A DNA stretch of 64,000 nt, taken from Flavobacteriales bacterium (GTDB taxonomy: Bacteria > Bacteroidota > Bacteroidia > Flavobacteriales > TMED113). The notes under the pieces were generated by a model. It made no database searches, had not been told where the DNA came from, and saw only the letters and a list, made by a program, of their open reading frames with translations. The stretch spans positions 49,441 through 113,440 of the forward strand of contig PBCX01000004.1 of NCBI GenBank assembly GCA_002718035.1, in the 5' to 3' direction. The translations under genes were made by a program, and so were the position numbers. Each line of letters starts with the position of its first letter. The stretch's first letter is position 1. Shown piece after piece: positions 50,280 to 60,883 of this stretch.

Positions 50280-50903
50280 ATGAAAAAAAAGGATAAACTA
50301 GATTTTATTGTTTCAAAATTAGAGTCATTGTACCCAAATCCACCTATTCCCTTAAATCATAAAGATAATTATACTTTATTAATTGCAGTACTTCTTTCTG
50401 CTAGATGTACGGACGAAAGAGTTAATAAAGTAACACCAGATTTATTTGAAAAGGCAGATAATCCACATGAAATGATAAAGTTAAAAGTAAGTGAAATAAA
50501 AAAAATAATTAAACCTTGTGGCTTGTCTCCTCAGAAATCTAAAGCAATATTTAATTTATCTAAAATACTAATTGAAAAATATAATAGTATAGTCCCTTCA
50601 AATTTTGATGATTTAGAAAGTTTGCCAGGGGTTGGTCATAAAACAGCTTCAGTAGTTATGTGTCAAGCTTTTAATATACCAGCATTTCCTGTCGATACAC
50701 ATATTTTTAGATTATTAAAAAGGTGGGGTATTAGTAAGGGTAAAAGTGTTCAGAAAGTTGAAAAAGATGGAAAAAGATTTTTTCCTAAAGAATTGTGGTC
50801 AAAATTACATTTGCAAATAATATTTTTTGGAAGAGAATATTGTCAAGCTAGATCACATAGTCTTAATAATTGTCCAATTTGTAGTTTTGTTAATAAGAAG
50901 TAA
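50280..50903 (+). CDS. nth: endonuclease III (HhH-GPD glycosylase/AP lyase)
   Basis: 207 aa. It has the HhH-GPD region LPGVGHKTASVVM and VDTHIFR. The C-terminus has only three Cys (C-x9-C-x2-C). Confidence 0.88.
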   Translation: MKKKDKLDFIVSKLESLYPNPPIPLNHKDNYTLLIAVLLSARCTDERVNKVTPDLFEKADNPHEMIKLKVSEIKKIIKPCGLSPQKSKAIFNLSKILIEKYNSIVPSNFDDLESLPGVGHKTASVVMCQAFNIPAFPVDTHIFRLLKRWGISKGKSVQKVEKDGKRFFPKELWSKLHLQIIFFGREYCQARSHSLNNCPICSFVNKK

Positions 50904-50963
50904 ACCAACATAATTAAAAAAACTTTTTTTTTAATTAAATTTGATTTGTTAAATTTTATATAT

Positions 50964-51413
50964 ATGATTAAGTTAGTTGAAGGAGACAAGGCTCCAAATT
51001 TTGTTGGAGAAATACAAAATGGTAATAAGGTTGCATTGAATGATTATAGTGGAAAAAAATTAGTATTATATTTTTACCCTAAAGACAACACACCTGGTTG
51101 TACTAATCAAGCATGTAATATTACTGAAAACATAGATAATTATAAAAATAATGGTTTTGAAGTTTTAGGTGTAAGTCCTGACAGTATAAAATCTCATGTC
51201 AAATTTATTGAAAAATATAATTTAGCTTTTAATTTAATTTCTGATGAGACTAAAAATATATGTAATTTATATGGTGTTTGGGGTCCAAAAAAATTTATGG
51301 GTAGAGAATATGAAGGTGTTCATCGAACTACATTTATTATTGATGAAAACGGAATTATTGAAAAAATAATTTCAAAAGTAGATACTAAAAATCATACAAA
51401 TCAAATTTTATAA
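50964..51413 (+). CDS. bcp: thioredoxin-dependent peroxiredoxin Bcp
   Basis: I place the start at the ATG giving [11 protein letters not shown]. The active site is [16 protein letters not shown]. The ORF track starts 18 nt earlier, at a TTG. Confidence 0.9.
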   Translation: MIKLVEGDKAPNFVGEIQNGNKVALNDYSGKKLVLYFYPKDNTPGCTNQACNITENIDNYKNNGFEVLGVSPDSIKSHVKFIEKYNLAFNLISDETKNICNLYGVWGPKKFMGREYEGVHRTTFIIDENGIIEKIISKVDTKNHTNQIL

Positions 51414-51415
51414 TT

Positions 51416-52408
51416 ATGACAAAAGAAAAAGATTTAAGACTACAAGCACTAAAGCTTGCAATGGAAAAAATTGATAAAGCTTATGGTAAAGGGTCCATAA
51501 TGAAACTTGGTGACATGACTATAGAAAAAATAGATTCAATTTCAACAGGTTCTATTTCTATTGATGCTGCTCTTGGAGTTGGCGGTTTGCCAAAAGGAAG
51601 AATAATTGAAATATTTGGACCTGAGTCATCTGGAAAGACTACTTTAACAATTCATGCTATTGCTGAATGTCAAAAAAAAGGAGGAATAGCAGCTTTTATT
51701 GATGCGGAGCATGCCTTTGATAGATTCTATGCTGAAAATTTAGGTGTGGATATTAATAATTTAGTTATTTCACAACCTGACAATGGAGAACAAGCATTAG
51801 AAATTGCAGATAATTTAATTAGATCTGGGGCAATTGATTTAATAGTTATTGATTCTGTAGCCGCATTAACTCCTAAAAGCGAAATTGATGGTGAAATGGG
51901 TGATGCCTCTGTTGGAGTTCAAGCTAGATTAATGTCAAAAGCATTAAGAAAAATGACTTCTAGCATAAGTAAAACTGGTGTAACATGTGTTTTTATTAAT
52001 CAATTAAGATCTAAAATTGGAATAATGTTTGGGAATCCTGAAACAACAACAGGGGGTAATGCATTAAAATTTTATTCCTCTGTTAGAATTGATATACGAA
52101 GAAGTACACAAATTAAGGATGGTGAAAAAGTTTTAGGGAATCGTACTAGAGTTAAAATTGTCAAAAATAAAATTGCACCTCCATTTAGAAGAGCAGAATT
52201 TGATATTATGTATGGTCAAGGCATTTCAAAGACAGGTGAAATAATTGATTTGGGAGTAGATCATGGTATTATTGAAAAAAGTGGATCCTGGTACAGTTAT
52301 AACTCGACAAAATTAGGACAAGGAAAAGAAGCTGTTAAAAATTTATTAAAAGATAATCCCGAGCTAATGGATGAATTAGAATCGAAAGTCAAGGAAGCTA
52401 TTATTTAA
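51416..52408 (+). CDS. recA: recombinase RecA
   Basis: 330 aa with [17 protein letters not shown] and VVIDSVAAL-type motifs. Confidence 0.97.
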   Translation: MTKEKDLRLQALKLAMEKIDKAYGKGSIMKLGDMTIEKIDSISTGSISIDAALGVGGLPKGRIIEIFGPESSGKTTLTIHAIAECQKKGGIAAFIDAEHAFDRFYAENLGVDINNLVISQPDNGEQALEIADNLIRSGAIDLIVIDSVAALTPKSEIDGEMGDASVGVQARLMSKALRKMTSSISKTGVTCVFINQLRSKIGIMFGNPETTTGGNALKFYSSVRIDIRRSTQIKDGEKVLGNRTRVKIVKNKIAPPFRRAEFDIMYGQGISKTGEIIDLGVDHGIIEKSGSWYSYNSTKLGQGKEAVKNLLKDNPELMDELESKVKEAII

Positions 52409-52420
52409 TTTTCATTCACA

Positions 52421-53344
52421 TTGAGATATTTTTTTGTTCTAATTTCTTTTTTACTTATTTCTTGCTCTAATTTTAATTCAGAGACCAAATATAAAGTACC
52501 AAAACAAGTTTCAGGTGATTTAACTAATTATTTCTTAGAAAAAGGAGAAATTGATTCTGCGAAAATCCAAGTTGATGATGTGTATAATAAAAACCCTAGT
52601 AATTTAGAAAATTTAATTAAAAGAGGAGAAGTATATTTTATTTTGAAGAACTATGAAGTTTCTGAAAAAAGTTGGCTTGATTGTTTGGAAAATGATAATT
52701 ATAATGAATCTTGTTATAATAAATTAATTGCTTTGTATTGTGGAGTTCTTAAAAATAATGATACTAATTGTAGAGAGTTTATTAAGAAAGCTTTGCTTAT
52801 AAATAAAAAAAATAAAACAGCTCTTTATTTTAAGGGAAAAAACTATCTTCTTAAAAATAAATATTCAGAAGCTATTGAACAATTTGAAGAAATTTTAAAA
52901 TTAGATTCAAATAATCTTAGGACATTAAATGAGTTAGCAATTTTGTATGATACTAGTTACAAATCAAAAATGTATTATAATAAAATGATTGAAATTGATT
53001 CAAGTTTTATTTCATTCTATGGTCTTGGAATGTATTATCAAAAAAATAAAAAGTTCAATGAAGCAATAGAGTCTTATAAAATTGCAATTAATATTGAGGA
53101 AAAAAAAGAAGCTTATTATAATATTGGATATTGCTTTTTGTTGCTCAATGATTTCAAAGTTGCACAGGATTACTTTTCAGACGCAATCAATTTAGATCCC
53201 TCTTATTTAGAAGCCTATTATGCTAGAGGCTTTACGTACAAAAAATTAAAACAAATAAATCTTGCAGTTGAAGACTTAAAGTTTTGCTTAATGTTAGAGC
53301 CCGGTAATGAAGAAGCAAGAATTCAGTTAGAAAGTTTAAAGTAA
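52421..53344 (+). CDS. tetratricopeptide-repeat lipoprotein
   Basis: 307 aa with a TTG start and a lipobox-like signal (LISFLLISCSN). It contains multiple TPR-like A/Y/L-patterned 34-aa units. Confidence 0.7.
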   Translation: MRYFFVLISFLLISCSNFNSETKYKVPKQVSGDLTNYFLEKGEIDSAKIQVDDVYNKNPSNLENLIKRGEVYFILKNYEVSEKSWLDCLENDNYNESCYNKLIALYCGVLKNNDTNCREFIKKALLINKKNKTALYFKGKNYLLKNKYSEAIEQFEEILKLDSNNLRTLNELAILYDTSYKSKMYYNKMIEIDSSFISFYGLGMYYQKNKKFNEAIESYKIAINIEEKKEAYYNIGYCFLLLNDFKVAQDYFSDAINLDPSYLEAYYARGFTYKKLKQINLAVEDLKFCLMLEPGNEEARIQLESLK

Positions 53345-53347
53345 TAT

Positions 53348-53692
53348 TTATTTTACTTTTTCAACAATTGATTTAAATACTTCTGGTTCGTTCATAGCTA
53401 AATCTGCTAAAACTTTTCTATTTAAATCGATATTATTCTTCTTTAGCAGTCCCATTAACTGAGAATAAGACATGCCATTTTCTCTTGCGCCTGCATTTAT
53501 TCTTTGAATCCAAAGAGCTCTGAAGTTACGTTTTTTTGTTTTTCTGTCTCTGTAAGAGTAAGATAGTGCTTTTTCTACTGCGTTTTTTGCGACAGTATAG
53601 ACATTTTTTCTTCTTCCAAAATATCCTTTAGCTTGTTTTAAAATTTTTTTTCTTCTGGCTTTAGAAGCAACTGAGTTTATTGACCTTGGCAT
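53348..53692 (-). CDS. rplT: 50S ribosomal protein L20
   Basis: 114 aa. The N-terminus [30 protein letters not shown] is typical of L20. Confidence 0.95.
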   Translation of the reverse strand: MPRSINSVASKARRKKILKQAKGYFGRRKNVYTVAKNAVEKALSYSYRDRKTKKRNFRALWIQRINAGARENGMSYSQLMGLLKKNNIDLNRKVLADLAMNEPEVFKSIVEKVK

Positions 53693-53759
53693 ATTATTTA
53701 TTTTTTTTTGTAATTAGCGATTTTTTCAAATACTTAAGCGTAATTACATGGTTTATTAT

Positions 53760-53954
53760 TTATTTACAAAGTTGAATTTTAATATTTGGTGTATCAGCAT
53801 CATGAACTAATCCACTTTTTGTTAAATTTCTTTTTCTTGTTGTAGCTTTTTTTGTCAATATATGACTTTTAAAAGCGTGCTTTCTTTTAATTTTACCACT
53901 TCCAGTGATGGAAAATCTTTTTTTTGCACTTGATTTTGTTTTCATTTTTGGCAT
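53760..53954 (-). CDS. rpmI: 50S ribosomal protein L35
   Basis: 64 aa. The N-terminus [14 protein letters not shown] is typical of L35. Confidence 0.93.
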   Translation of the reverse strand: MPKMKTKSSAKKRFSITGSGKIKRKHAFKSHILTKKATTRKRNLTKSGLVHDADTPNIKIQLCK

Positions 53955-53961
53955 GGCTAAT

Positions 53962-54513
53962 CTATTTTATTGGTGTTAATAACATATTCATTTTTTTTCC
54001 CTCTAATTTTGGAAATTGATCAACTTTTGCCAATTCCTCTAATTCTTGAGCAAGCTTAAGTAATATCATCTCTCCTTTATCTTTAAATATAATTTGTCTT
54101 CCTTTAAAAAAAACATAAGCTTTTAATTTACAACCATCACTTAAAAACTTTTTAGCATGGTTTAGTTTAAAATTAAAATCATGCTCATCTGTATTTGGTC
54201 CAAATCTTATTTCTTTAACAACAACTTTTGTTGTTTTTGCTTTCAACTCCTTTTGCTTTTTTTTCTGATTATACAAGAACTTTTGATAGTCCATAATCTT
54301 ACATACAGGAGGATCTGCTTTAGGTGATATCTCTACTAAGTCAAGACCAAGATTTTTAGCGTGTGCTAGTGCTTTCTTAGTGTTTGAAATATTATTATCA
54401 GTATTATCACCTACTAAACGTATATTAAAACTTAATATTTCGTCATTAATCCTATGTGGATTTTGTTTTTTTACTCTACCTCTGTAAGGTTTTCTTCTTC
54501 TATTGAAAGCTAT
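53962..54513 (-). CDS. infC: translation initiation factor IF-3, non-AUG start
   Basis: The ORF track gives only the C-terminal 110 aa, starting at an internal Met. The frame stays open upstream and encodes [37 protein letters not shown]...[25 protein letters not shown], which is the conserved IF-3 N-terminal domain. The most plausible start is the ATA at 54513-54511, 17 nt after the thrS stop. The exact start is uncertain. Confidence 0.85.
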   Translation of the reverse strand: MAFNRRRKPYRGRVKKQNPHRINDEILSFNIRLVGDNTDNNISNTKKALAHAKNLGLDLVEISPKADPPVCKIMDYQKFLYNQKKKQKELKAKTTKVVVKEIRFGPNTDEHDFNFKLNHAKKFLSDGCKLKAYVFFKGRQIIFKDKGEMILLKLAQELEELAKVDQFPKLEGKKMNMLLTPIK

Positions 54514-54529
54514 AACTGTTTTATTTAAA

Positions 54530-56476
54530 TTAAACTTCTTTTTCTTTTTTTATTTCTTTTTTTATGTGATAATAAAAATCTTCACATGACATACTGCCTA
54601 AGTCTTCCATTCCTCTTTTTCTAACTGAAATTAAATTTTCTTTTAATTCTCTTTCACCTACTATGATCATATAAGGTATTTTGTTAATTTCAGCATCTCT
54701 AATTCTTTTACCTATAGTTTCAGACCTAACATCAATATGTGCGCGAATTTCGTAATTTTTAAGGAAATTTAAAATTTTATTTGAATATTCTGTAAATTTT
54801 TCACTAACTGGAATGATTTTAACCTGTTCAGGAATTAGCCATAAAGGAAAATTTCCTGCAGTATGTTCAATTAAAATTGCTAAAAATCTTTCAAGAGAGC
54901 CGAAAGGGGCACGATGAATCATAATAGGTCTATGATTTTTATTATCTCTTCCAGTATATTCTAAATTAAATCTTTCAGGTAAATTATAATCTACTTGTAT
55001 TGTTCCAAGTTGCCAATTTCTTCCTAAAACATCTTTGATCATAAAATCTAATTTGGGTCCGTAAAAAGCAGCTTCACCGTATTCAATAACGGTACTTAAT
55101 TTTTTATCTTTAGTAGCATTAATTATGGCTTTCTCTGCAAGATCCCAGTTTTTTTCACTTCCAATATATTTTGATTTATCTTCTTTGTCTCTTAGTGAAA
55201 TTTGCACAGTATATTCCTTAAACTCTAAAATTTTAAATACGTGGAGAACAATATCAATAACTTTTTTAAATTCATATTCTAATTGATCTTCAGTAACAAA
55301 AATATGGGCATCATCTTGAGTAAACCCCCTTACTCTTGTTAATCCATGAAGTTCTCCACTTTGTTCATATCTATATACAGTTCCAAATTCAGCGTATCTA
55401 ATAGGTAAATCTTTATATGATTTAGGAGAAGATTTGTAAATTTCACAATGATGAGGACAGTTCATTGGTTTTAAAAAAAATTCTTCTTTTTTTGAAGGAG
55501 TTTTAATGGGTTGAAATGAATCTTCACCATATTTTTCATAGTGTCCTGAGCAAACATACAAATCTTTACTTCCAATGTGAGGAGTAGTTACAGATTCATA
55601 TCCAGATTTAATTTGTAAATCTCTCATAAATTTTACTAATTCCTCTCTTACAATTGTTCCTTTAGGTAACCAAAGAGGAAGTCCTTGACCAACTTTATTT
55701 GAGAATGTAAATAATCCCATTTCTTTTCCAATTTTTCTATGATCTCTTTTTTTAGCTTCTTCTAAAAGAATTAAATATTCATTTAATTCCTTTTTCTTCG
55801 GAAAGGAAATGCCATATATTCTTGTTAGTTGTTTTTTATTTTCATCACCTCTCCAGTATGCACCAGCAATATTTAAAAGTTTAACTGCCTTTATAAATCC
55901 TGTGTGAGGTATATGAGGACCTTTGCAAAGATCTGTGAAATCTCCTTGTGTATAAAAAGTTATCTCACCATCATTTAGCTCTTTTAAAAGTTCAAGTTTA
56001 TAATTATTATTTCTTTCTTCATAGAAATTTATTGCATCTTTTTTTGTAATATTTTTTCTAATAAAAATATTTTTTTTAGATGCTAGTTCTACCATTTTGC
56101 TTTCTATTTTTTTAAAATCTTCTGATGAAATTGTTGAATTATCAGGAAATTCTAAGTCATAGTAAAACCCGTTATCAATTGCTGGGCCTATTGTAAATTT
56201 AACTTTAGGGTAAAGGAATTTAATTGCTTCTGCCATTAAATGTGCTGATGAATGCCATAAAATTTTTTTACTTTCTTTGTCTTTCCAGGTGAGTAATTTT
56301 AATTTAATTAGTTCGTTATCAGTTAGTTCTCTGTTTGCATCCCAAATTTCTCCGTTAATTTCGGCTGCTAAAACATTTCTAGCTAGCCCTTCACTTATTT
56401 GATTTGCAATATCTAAAGAAGTTGTTCCTTTTGGAAACTCCTTTTTTGTCTTATCTGGAAATTCAACTAATACCAT
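54530..56476 (-). CDS. thrS: threonine--tRNA ligase
   Basis: 648 aa with a TGS domain N-terminus, the editing-domain motif HSSAHLMA, and class II core motifs ([24 protein letters not shown]). Confidence 0.96.
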   Translation of the reverse strand: MVLVEFPDKTKKEFPKGTTSLDIANQISEGLARNVLAAEINGEIWDANRELTDNELIKLKLLTWKDKESKKILWHSSAHLMAEAIKFLYPKVKFTIGPAIDNGFYYDLEFPDNSTISSEDFKKIESKMVELASKKNIFIRKNITKKDAINFYEERNNNYKLELLKELNDGEITFYTQGDFTDLCKGPHIPHTGFIKAVKLLNIAGAYWRGDENKKQLTRIYGISFPKKKELNEYLILLEEAKKRDHRKIGKEMGLFTFSNKVGQGLPLWLPKGTIVREELVKFMRDLQIKSGYESVTTPHIGSKDLYVCSGHYEKYGEDSFQPIKTPSKKEEFFLKPMNCPHHCEIYKSSPKSYKDLPIRYAEFGTVYRYEQSGELHGLTRVRGFTQDDAHIFVTEDQLEYEFKKVIDIVLHVFKILEFKEYTVQISLRDKEDKSKYIGSEKNWDLAEKAIINATKDKKLSTVIEYGEAAFYGPKLDFMIKDVLGRNWQLGTIQVDYNLPERFNLEYTGRDNKNHRPIMIHRAPFGSLERFLAILIEHTAGNFPLWLIPEQVKIIPVSEKFTEYSNKILNFLKNYEIRAHIDVRSETIGKRIRDAEINKIPYMIIVGERELKENLISVRKRGMEDLGSMSCEDFYYHIKKEIKKEKEV

Positions 56477-56531
56477 ATTTATATTAAATGTTTATAAATA
56501 TACAAATTTAGGGTTATGAATTATTCTTTTA

Positions 56532-58160
56532 TTATGTTTGAATTAGACCTGTTTTAAATTCTTTTATAGGGCAATTATTACTTACTTCAATAGCTGTAGA
56601 AATATATTTTCTAGTGTCGAGTGGATTTATTATCTCATCAATCCATAATCTTGAGGCAGCATAATAAGGTGAAGTTTGTTTGTTATAGTTATCTACAATT
56701 TTCTTTTTTATTTTAATTTCATCAGACTTTGATATCTCTTCCCCTTTTTTATTAAGCCTATTTTTTTCAAGATTAAACAAAACATTTGATGCCTGATCTC
56801 CACCCATTACAGCAATTCGTGCTGTAGGCCATGCTAAAATCATCCTTGGATCATATGCTTTTCCGCACATAGCATAATTTCCTGCTCCGTAGGAGTTGCC
56901 AATTATTATGGTGAATTTAGGAACTGTACTATTTGCCATAGCATTTACCATTTTAGCGCCATCTTTTATTATTCCTCCGTGTTCAGATTTGGATCCTACC
57001 ATAAAGCCTGTCACATCCTGAAAGAAAATGATGGGGATTTTTTTTTGGTTACAATTCATTATAAATCTCGCTGATTTATCTGCACTATCAGAGTAGATTA
57101 CGCCTCCAATTTGCATTTCTCCTTTTCCGTTTTTAACAATAGTTCTTTGATTAGCAACAATTCCAATTTCCCACCCATCAATTCTTGCATATCCACATAT
57201 AATTGTTTTTCCGAAGTCTTTCTTGTATTCAATAAAATTACTTTCATCAACTAATCTTTCAATTATATCAATCATATTATATTGTTTGTCTCTTTTTTTT
57301 GGAATAATACCAAGAATTTCTTTTGGATTTTTTAAAGGATCAAAACTTTTTTTTCTTAACAAACCCGCAGTTTGATGGTTAGATGTTTTTTCAATGAGAT
57401 TTCTAATCAATAGGATTGCTTCAGAATCATTTTTACATTTATAATCTGCAGTACCAGAAATTTCTGAATGAGTTTTTGCGCCACCTAACTTTTCATTGTC
57501 TATATCTTCTCCAATGGCAGCTTTTACTAAATGTGAACCAGCTAAAAATACACTTCCAGTTTTCTCAACAATTATTGTTTCGTCGCACATTATTGGTAAG
57601 TACGCACCTCCAGCAACACAACTACCCATAATTGCAGCAATCTGAGGAATACCCATTGATGACATTATTGCATTATTTCTAAATTGTCTTCCAAAATGTT
57701 CTTTATCTGCAAATATATTATTTTGGAGAGGTAAAAAAATACCCGCACTATCAACTAAATATATGATAGGGAGTTTGTTTTCAATAGCTATTTCTTGTGC
57801 TCTTAAATTTTTTTTTGCAGTCATAGGAAACCACGATCCTGCTTTTACAGTTGCGTCATTAGCTACTATCATACATTTTTTTTGGTGAATTGATCCAATT
57901 CCAATTATAACTCCAGCAGAATTACACCCGCCATATTCATCATACATACCCATGGCTGCAAGCGATCCAATTTCAAGAAAATTTGAGTTGGGATCAATAA
58001 GAAAATTAATTCTTTCTCTAGCCGTTAATTTACCCTTCTTTTTATGACGTTCTGTAGAAATTTTGCCTCCTCCAAGGTTGGCATTAGAAATATGATGTTT
58101 TAATTCACCAATTAAAAGATTCATATTGTCTTCATTTTTATTAAAAGCTAAATCTTTCAT
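56532..58160 (-). CDS. acyl-CoA carboxylase carboxyltransferase (beta) subunit, methylcrotonyl-/propionyl-CoA carboxylase type
   Basis: 542 aa with a duplicated crotonase-like carboxyltransferase domain (GGGKISTERHKKKGKLTARERI, MGSCVAGGAYLP, SYGAGNYAM). Confidence 0.88.
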   Translation of the reverse strand: MKDLAFNKNEDNMNLLIGELKHHISNANLGGGKISTERHKKKGKLTARERINFLIDPNSNFLEIGSLAAMGMYDEYGGCNSAGVIIGIGSIHQKKCMIVANDATVKAGSWFPMTAKKNLRAQEIAIENKLPIIYLVDSAGIFLPLQNNIFADKEHFGRQFRNNAIMSSMGIPQIAAIMGSCVAGGAYLPIMCDETIIVEKTGSVFLAGSHLVKAAIGEDIDNEKLGGAKTHSEISGTADYKCKNDSEAILLIRNLIEKTSNHQTAGLLRKKSFDPLKNPKEILGIIPKKRDKQYNMIDIIERLVDESNFIEYKKDFGKTIICGYARIDGWEIGIVANQRTIVKNGKGEMQIGGVIYSDSADKSARFIMNCNQKKIPIIFFQDVTGFMVGSKSEHGGIIKDGAKMVNAMANSTVPKFTIIIGNSYGAGNYAMCGKAYDPRMILAWPTARIAVMGGDQASNVLFNLEKNRLNKKGEEISKSDEIKIKKKIVDNYNKQTSPYYAASRLWIDEIINPLDTRKYISTAIEVSNNCPIKEFKTGLIQT

Positions 58161-58172
58161 TATTCTATTTTT

Positions 58173-58808
58173 TTAAATATAGTTATTTGTTTTATTAATT
58201 TCCGATAATATTTTTTCTTTACTTTCATTTCCAAGATTAAATAATAAGTCAATGATTGAATATTTATTTAGTCTTTTAGTTGAGTTTAAAAATGTTTGTT
58301 GATATTTAATATAACAATCATTTTTTGAGTTCTCTAATTCAGTTCTAAAATCCAAAGCTTTTTCACCATAATCTTTAATGTATTTATCAGTGTAGGTAAT
58401 ATTTACATTAATATTTAATTCTTTAATTAAAAAAAATAAAATTTCTTTATTCAACTCTAAAAGAAATTTAAAATCTTTACTTATTATTTTAAATATTTCT
58501 TCATGATAATATAAATAAAATGGACTATTGGCATATGCTGTTTTAATGCTTTTAATGTGGTTTTTTTTCCATGGATTCATTGCAATTTTTAAATCTTTGA
58601 AAATAGTTTTTGTTTTATTTTTTCTATTTATAGGTACTGTAATTTTTTGATCTCCATTTGGACCTAAAATTATAGAATGGTTTCGTATACTTTGTTTAAT
58701 ATAAAAGTCAGAAGTTTCAATTAAAACCTCTTTATATTTTAAAATTAAATAAAAGTAATATATACTTGGAAAATAGGAACTAGGTAAAATAATTTTTTTT
58801 TGCTCCAA
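58173..58808 (-). CDS. WbqC-family protein
   Basis: 211 aa with a TTG start directly abutting the lepB stop. The N-terminal pattern ILPSSYFPSIYYFYLI resembles the WbqC pattern QPYFFPYIGYF. The lepB-wbqC pairing is common in Flavobacteriia. Confidence 0.75.
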   Translation of the reverse strand: MEQKKIILPSSYFPSIYYFYLILKYKEVLIETSDFYIKQSIRNHSIILGPNGDQKITVPINRKNKTKTIFKDLKIAMNPWKKNHIKSIKTAYANSPFYLYYHEEIFKIISKDFKFLLELNKEILFFLIKELNINVNITYTDKYIKDYGEKALDFRTELENSKNDCYIKYQQTFLNSTKRLNKYSIIDLLFNLGNESKEKILSEINKTNNYI

Positions 58809-60344
58809 TTAATTTTTAATTATGTGTTTTTTATAAAGAAGAAATAAATATTTCCTAAAATATATTATGATTATAAATACAATAAAATAAGGAAGATACC
58901 AACCTGATTTACCTTCACCGTGAATCGTAGTAAACATTCTTTTCCATCTTATTTTATTAAATATGTTTTTTGCGCCTATATCAACACTTAGCCACAAAAA
59001 AATTGGTTTTCCTACTACATGATTTTCAGGAACGAATCCCCATGCTCTTGAGTCCTGAGAATTGTGTCTATTATCCCCCATCATCCAAAAGTAGTCCATT
59101 TTAAATGTATAGATTGAGTCATTTAAATTAGTCACTTTTGAGTATTCATAGTCTTCAATTATGGTTTTGTACAAAGATAAAGTTGAGTCATTTAGTACAA
59201 TAGAATCCCCTTTTTTTGGTATATATATGGGGCCATAATTGTCATAGTCCCAATTATGTTTCCAATTATATGGGAATAAAGATGTTGTTTTTCTACTTAA
59301 TATATCAGTGTAAGTATTATGGTTGTAACCATATGCGCTAAATGGAAATTTTTGGCCTAGTGAGTCAATTATATTTTGATTCAATCTTACATATGAAATT
59401 TTTCCTTTATAACCTTGCTTTTTCTCACCCTCAACTAATTTTTTAACTTCTTCTTCTGTACCGTGAATAATTAAATCTTTTATTGAGCTATAGAAATTAA
59501 TGTTATAACCTTTCTTTGTTAAAAGTGGTGGCCAAATTAAAGAGATTTCCAGGTCATAATTATTTTGAAATGATTTTTCGATAATTTTTTTTTCAACTGG
59601 CTTACCTATTTTTTTTAAGTACTTTAAATGATTATCGTTTTCAAATTTAATCCAGAAGGCATGCTGAATTGTGGATCTATTAGGATTATTTTCTTTTTTA
59701 CCGTTAATAAGTATATTGCCATTTTTAATTTCTAATGTATCTCCCGAGATACCTACACATCTCTTTACGTAATTAGTTTTTTTATCGAATGGCATGTTTT
59801 TTTGAAGATTATCAGTAGGCCAATTAAATACAACTATATCATTTCTTTTTATTTTTTGAAATCCAGGGAGTCTATTGTAACCAAGTTGCACCCAATCTAA
59901 ATACGAAGGTGTATTATTTGTAAATGGAAGTTTATTATGCATAAATGGTAAAAACAAAGGAGTGTTGGGTACATTTGAGCCATAGTTAAATTTACTGACA
60001 AATAAAAAATCTCCTCTAATCAATGTTCCTTCAAGAGAAGATGTTGGTATCACATATGGTTGTATTAAAAAAACATGTATTAAAGTAGCTGCAATGATAG
60101 CAAACAATACTGACTCAATCCATTCTCTAATTTTATTTTTAACAACTTTTTCTTTCTTTATTTTTTTCTTCCATGGAGTCCAATTAACAAACTCAAAGAA
60201 AAAAACATCTAAAATGATTAAAATTCCAAAATACAACCATTTGAAAACTTCTATTTTAGTTATTTTAACAATTAAGAAAATAAGAAAAATAAAAATTATG
60301 GAGCAAATTATAAATCCTAATAATTTTTTAATTTTTAAATTCAT
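58809..60344 (-). CDS. lepB: signal peptidase I (long Bacteroidota form)
   Basis: 511 aa. It has the catalytic Ser region IPTSSLEGTLIRGDFLFVSK, the Lys region YVKRCVGISGD and the segment GDNRHNSQDSRAWG. Confidence 0.92.
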   Translation of the reverse strand: MNLKIKKLLGFIICSIIFIFLIFLIVKITKIEVFKWLYFGILIILDVFFFEFVNWTPWKKKIKKEKVVKNKIREWIESVLFAIIAATLIHVFLIQPYVIPTSSLEGTLIRGDFLFVSKFNYGSNVPNTPLFLPFMHNKLPFTNNTPSYLDWVQLGYNRLPGFQKIKRNDIVVFNWPTDNLQKNMPFDKKTNYVKRCVGISGDTLEIKNGNILINGKKENNPNRSTIQHAFWIKFENDNHLKYLKKIGKPVEKKIIEKSFQNNYDLEISLIWPPLLTKKGYNINFYSSIKDLIIHGTEEEVKKLVEGEKKQGYKGKISYVRLNQNIIDSLGQKFPFSAYGYNHNTYTDILSRKTTSLFPYNWKHNWDYDNYGPIYIPKKGDSIVLNDSTLSLYKTIIEDYEYSKVTNLNDSIYTFKMDYFWMMGDNRHNSQDSRAWGFVPENHVVGKPIFLWLSVDIGAKNIFNKIRWKRMFTTIHGEGKSGWYLPYFIVFIIIIYFRKYLFLLYKKHIIKN

Positions 60345-60373
60345 GTTTTTTATTTAGAAACAAAATTAAATTT

Positions 60374-60883
60374 TTATTCTTTCAATTTAATTTTTAATGA
60401 AATTAAATTAAAAGAATGATTTTTTTGGTCAAAAGCAGATTCAAAATTAAGTGTTAAGTTTTCATTTATGTTATATTCAAATAAATGAGCGTCAACATAA
60501 GCATCAGCAACATTTAATAAATAAAAAATTACACCAAGAATAATTGTTAAATCCTTTTGATTTCTATAATAGTCTTGTAGTGTAATTAAGTTGGCTTCAG
60601 AATAGTTAAGATAATCATCTATTGTTGAATTATTATTGTCTGTTCTTATTATATAAGCATCCTTGAAATCATTAAATTTTTTGTTATAAAAATTATAACC
60701 GTATATGGCTCCACCAATACAACCAAGTATAATAGGAGTTTTCCAGTATTTTTTATTATAAATTTGACCTAATCCGGGACAAGCAATTGACAAAAGAGAT
60801 GCTTTGTTAGGTGATTTTTGTTGACAGAAAATATTTGTACTAAAAAGTAACGTTAGAATTAAAAATTTAATTTTCAAATACAT
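60374..60883 (-). CDS. DUF5683-like protein
   Basis: 169 aa with a signal peptide. The segment SIACPGLGQIYNKKYWKTPIILG is typical of the family found downstream of parB in Bacteroidota. Confidence 0.7.
   Translation of the reverse strand: MYLKIKFLILTLLFSTNIFCQQKSPNKASLLSIACPGLGQIYNKKYWKTPIILGCIGGAIYGYNFYNKKFNDFKDAYIIRTDNNNSTIDDYLNYSEANLITLQDYYRNQKDLTIILGVIFYLLNVADAYVDAHLFEYNINENLTLNFESAFDQKNHSFNLISLKIKLKE

Noticed and set aside
60345-60373. Absence of dapB between the DUF5683-like gene and lepB, a position where I recall it in many Flavobacteriaceae.
   Set aside because: This rests on my memory of synteny and on a single window. The gene may simply be elsewhere in the genome, so no conclusion about pathway loss is justified.
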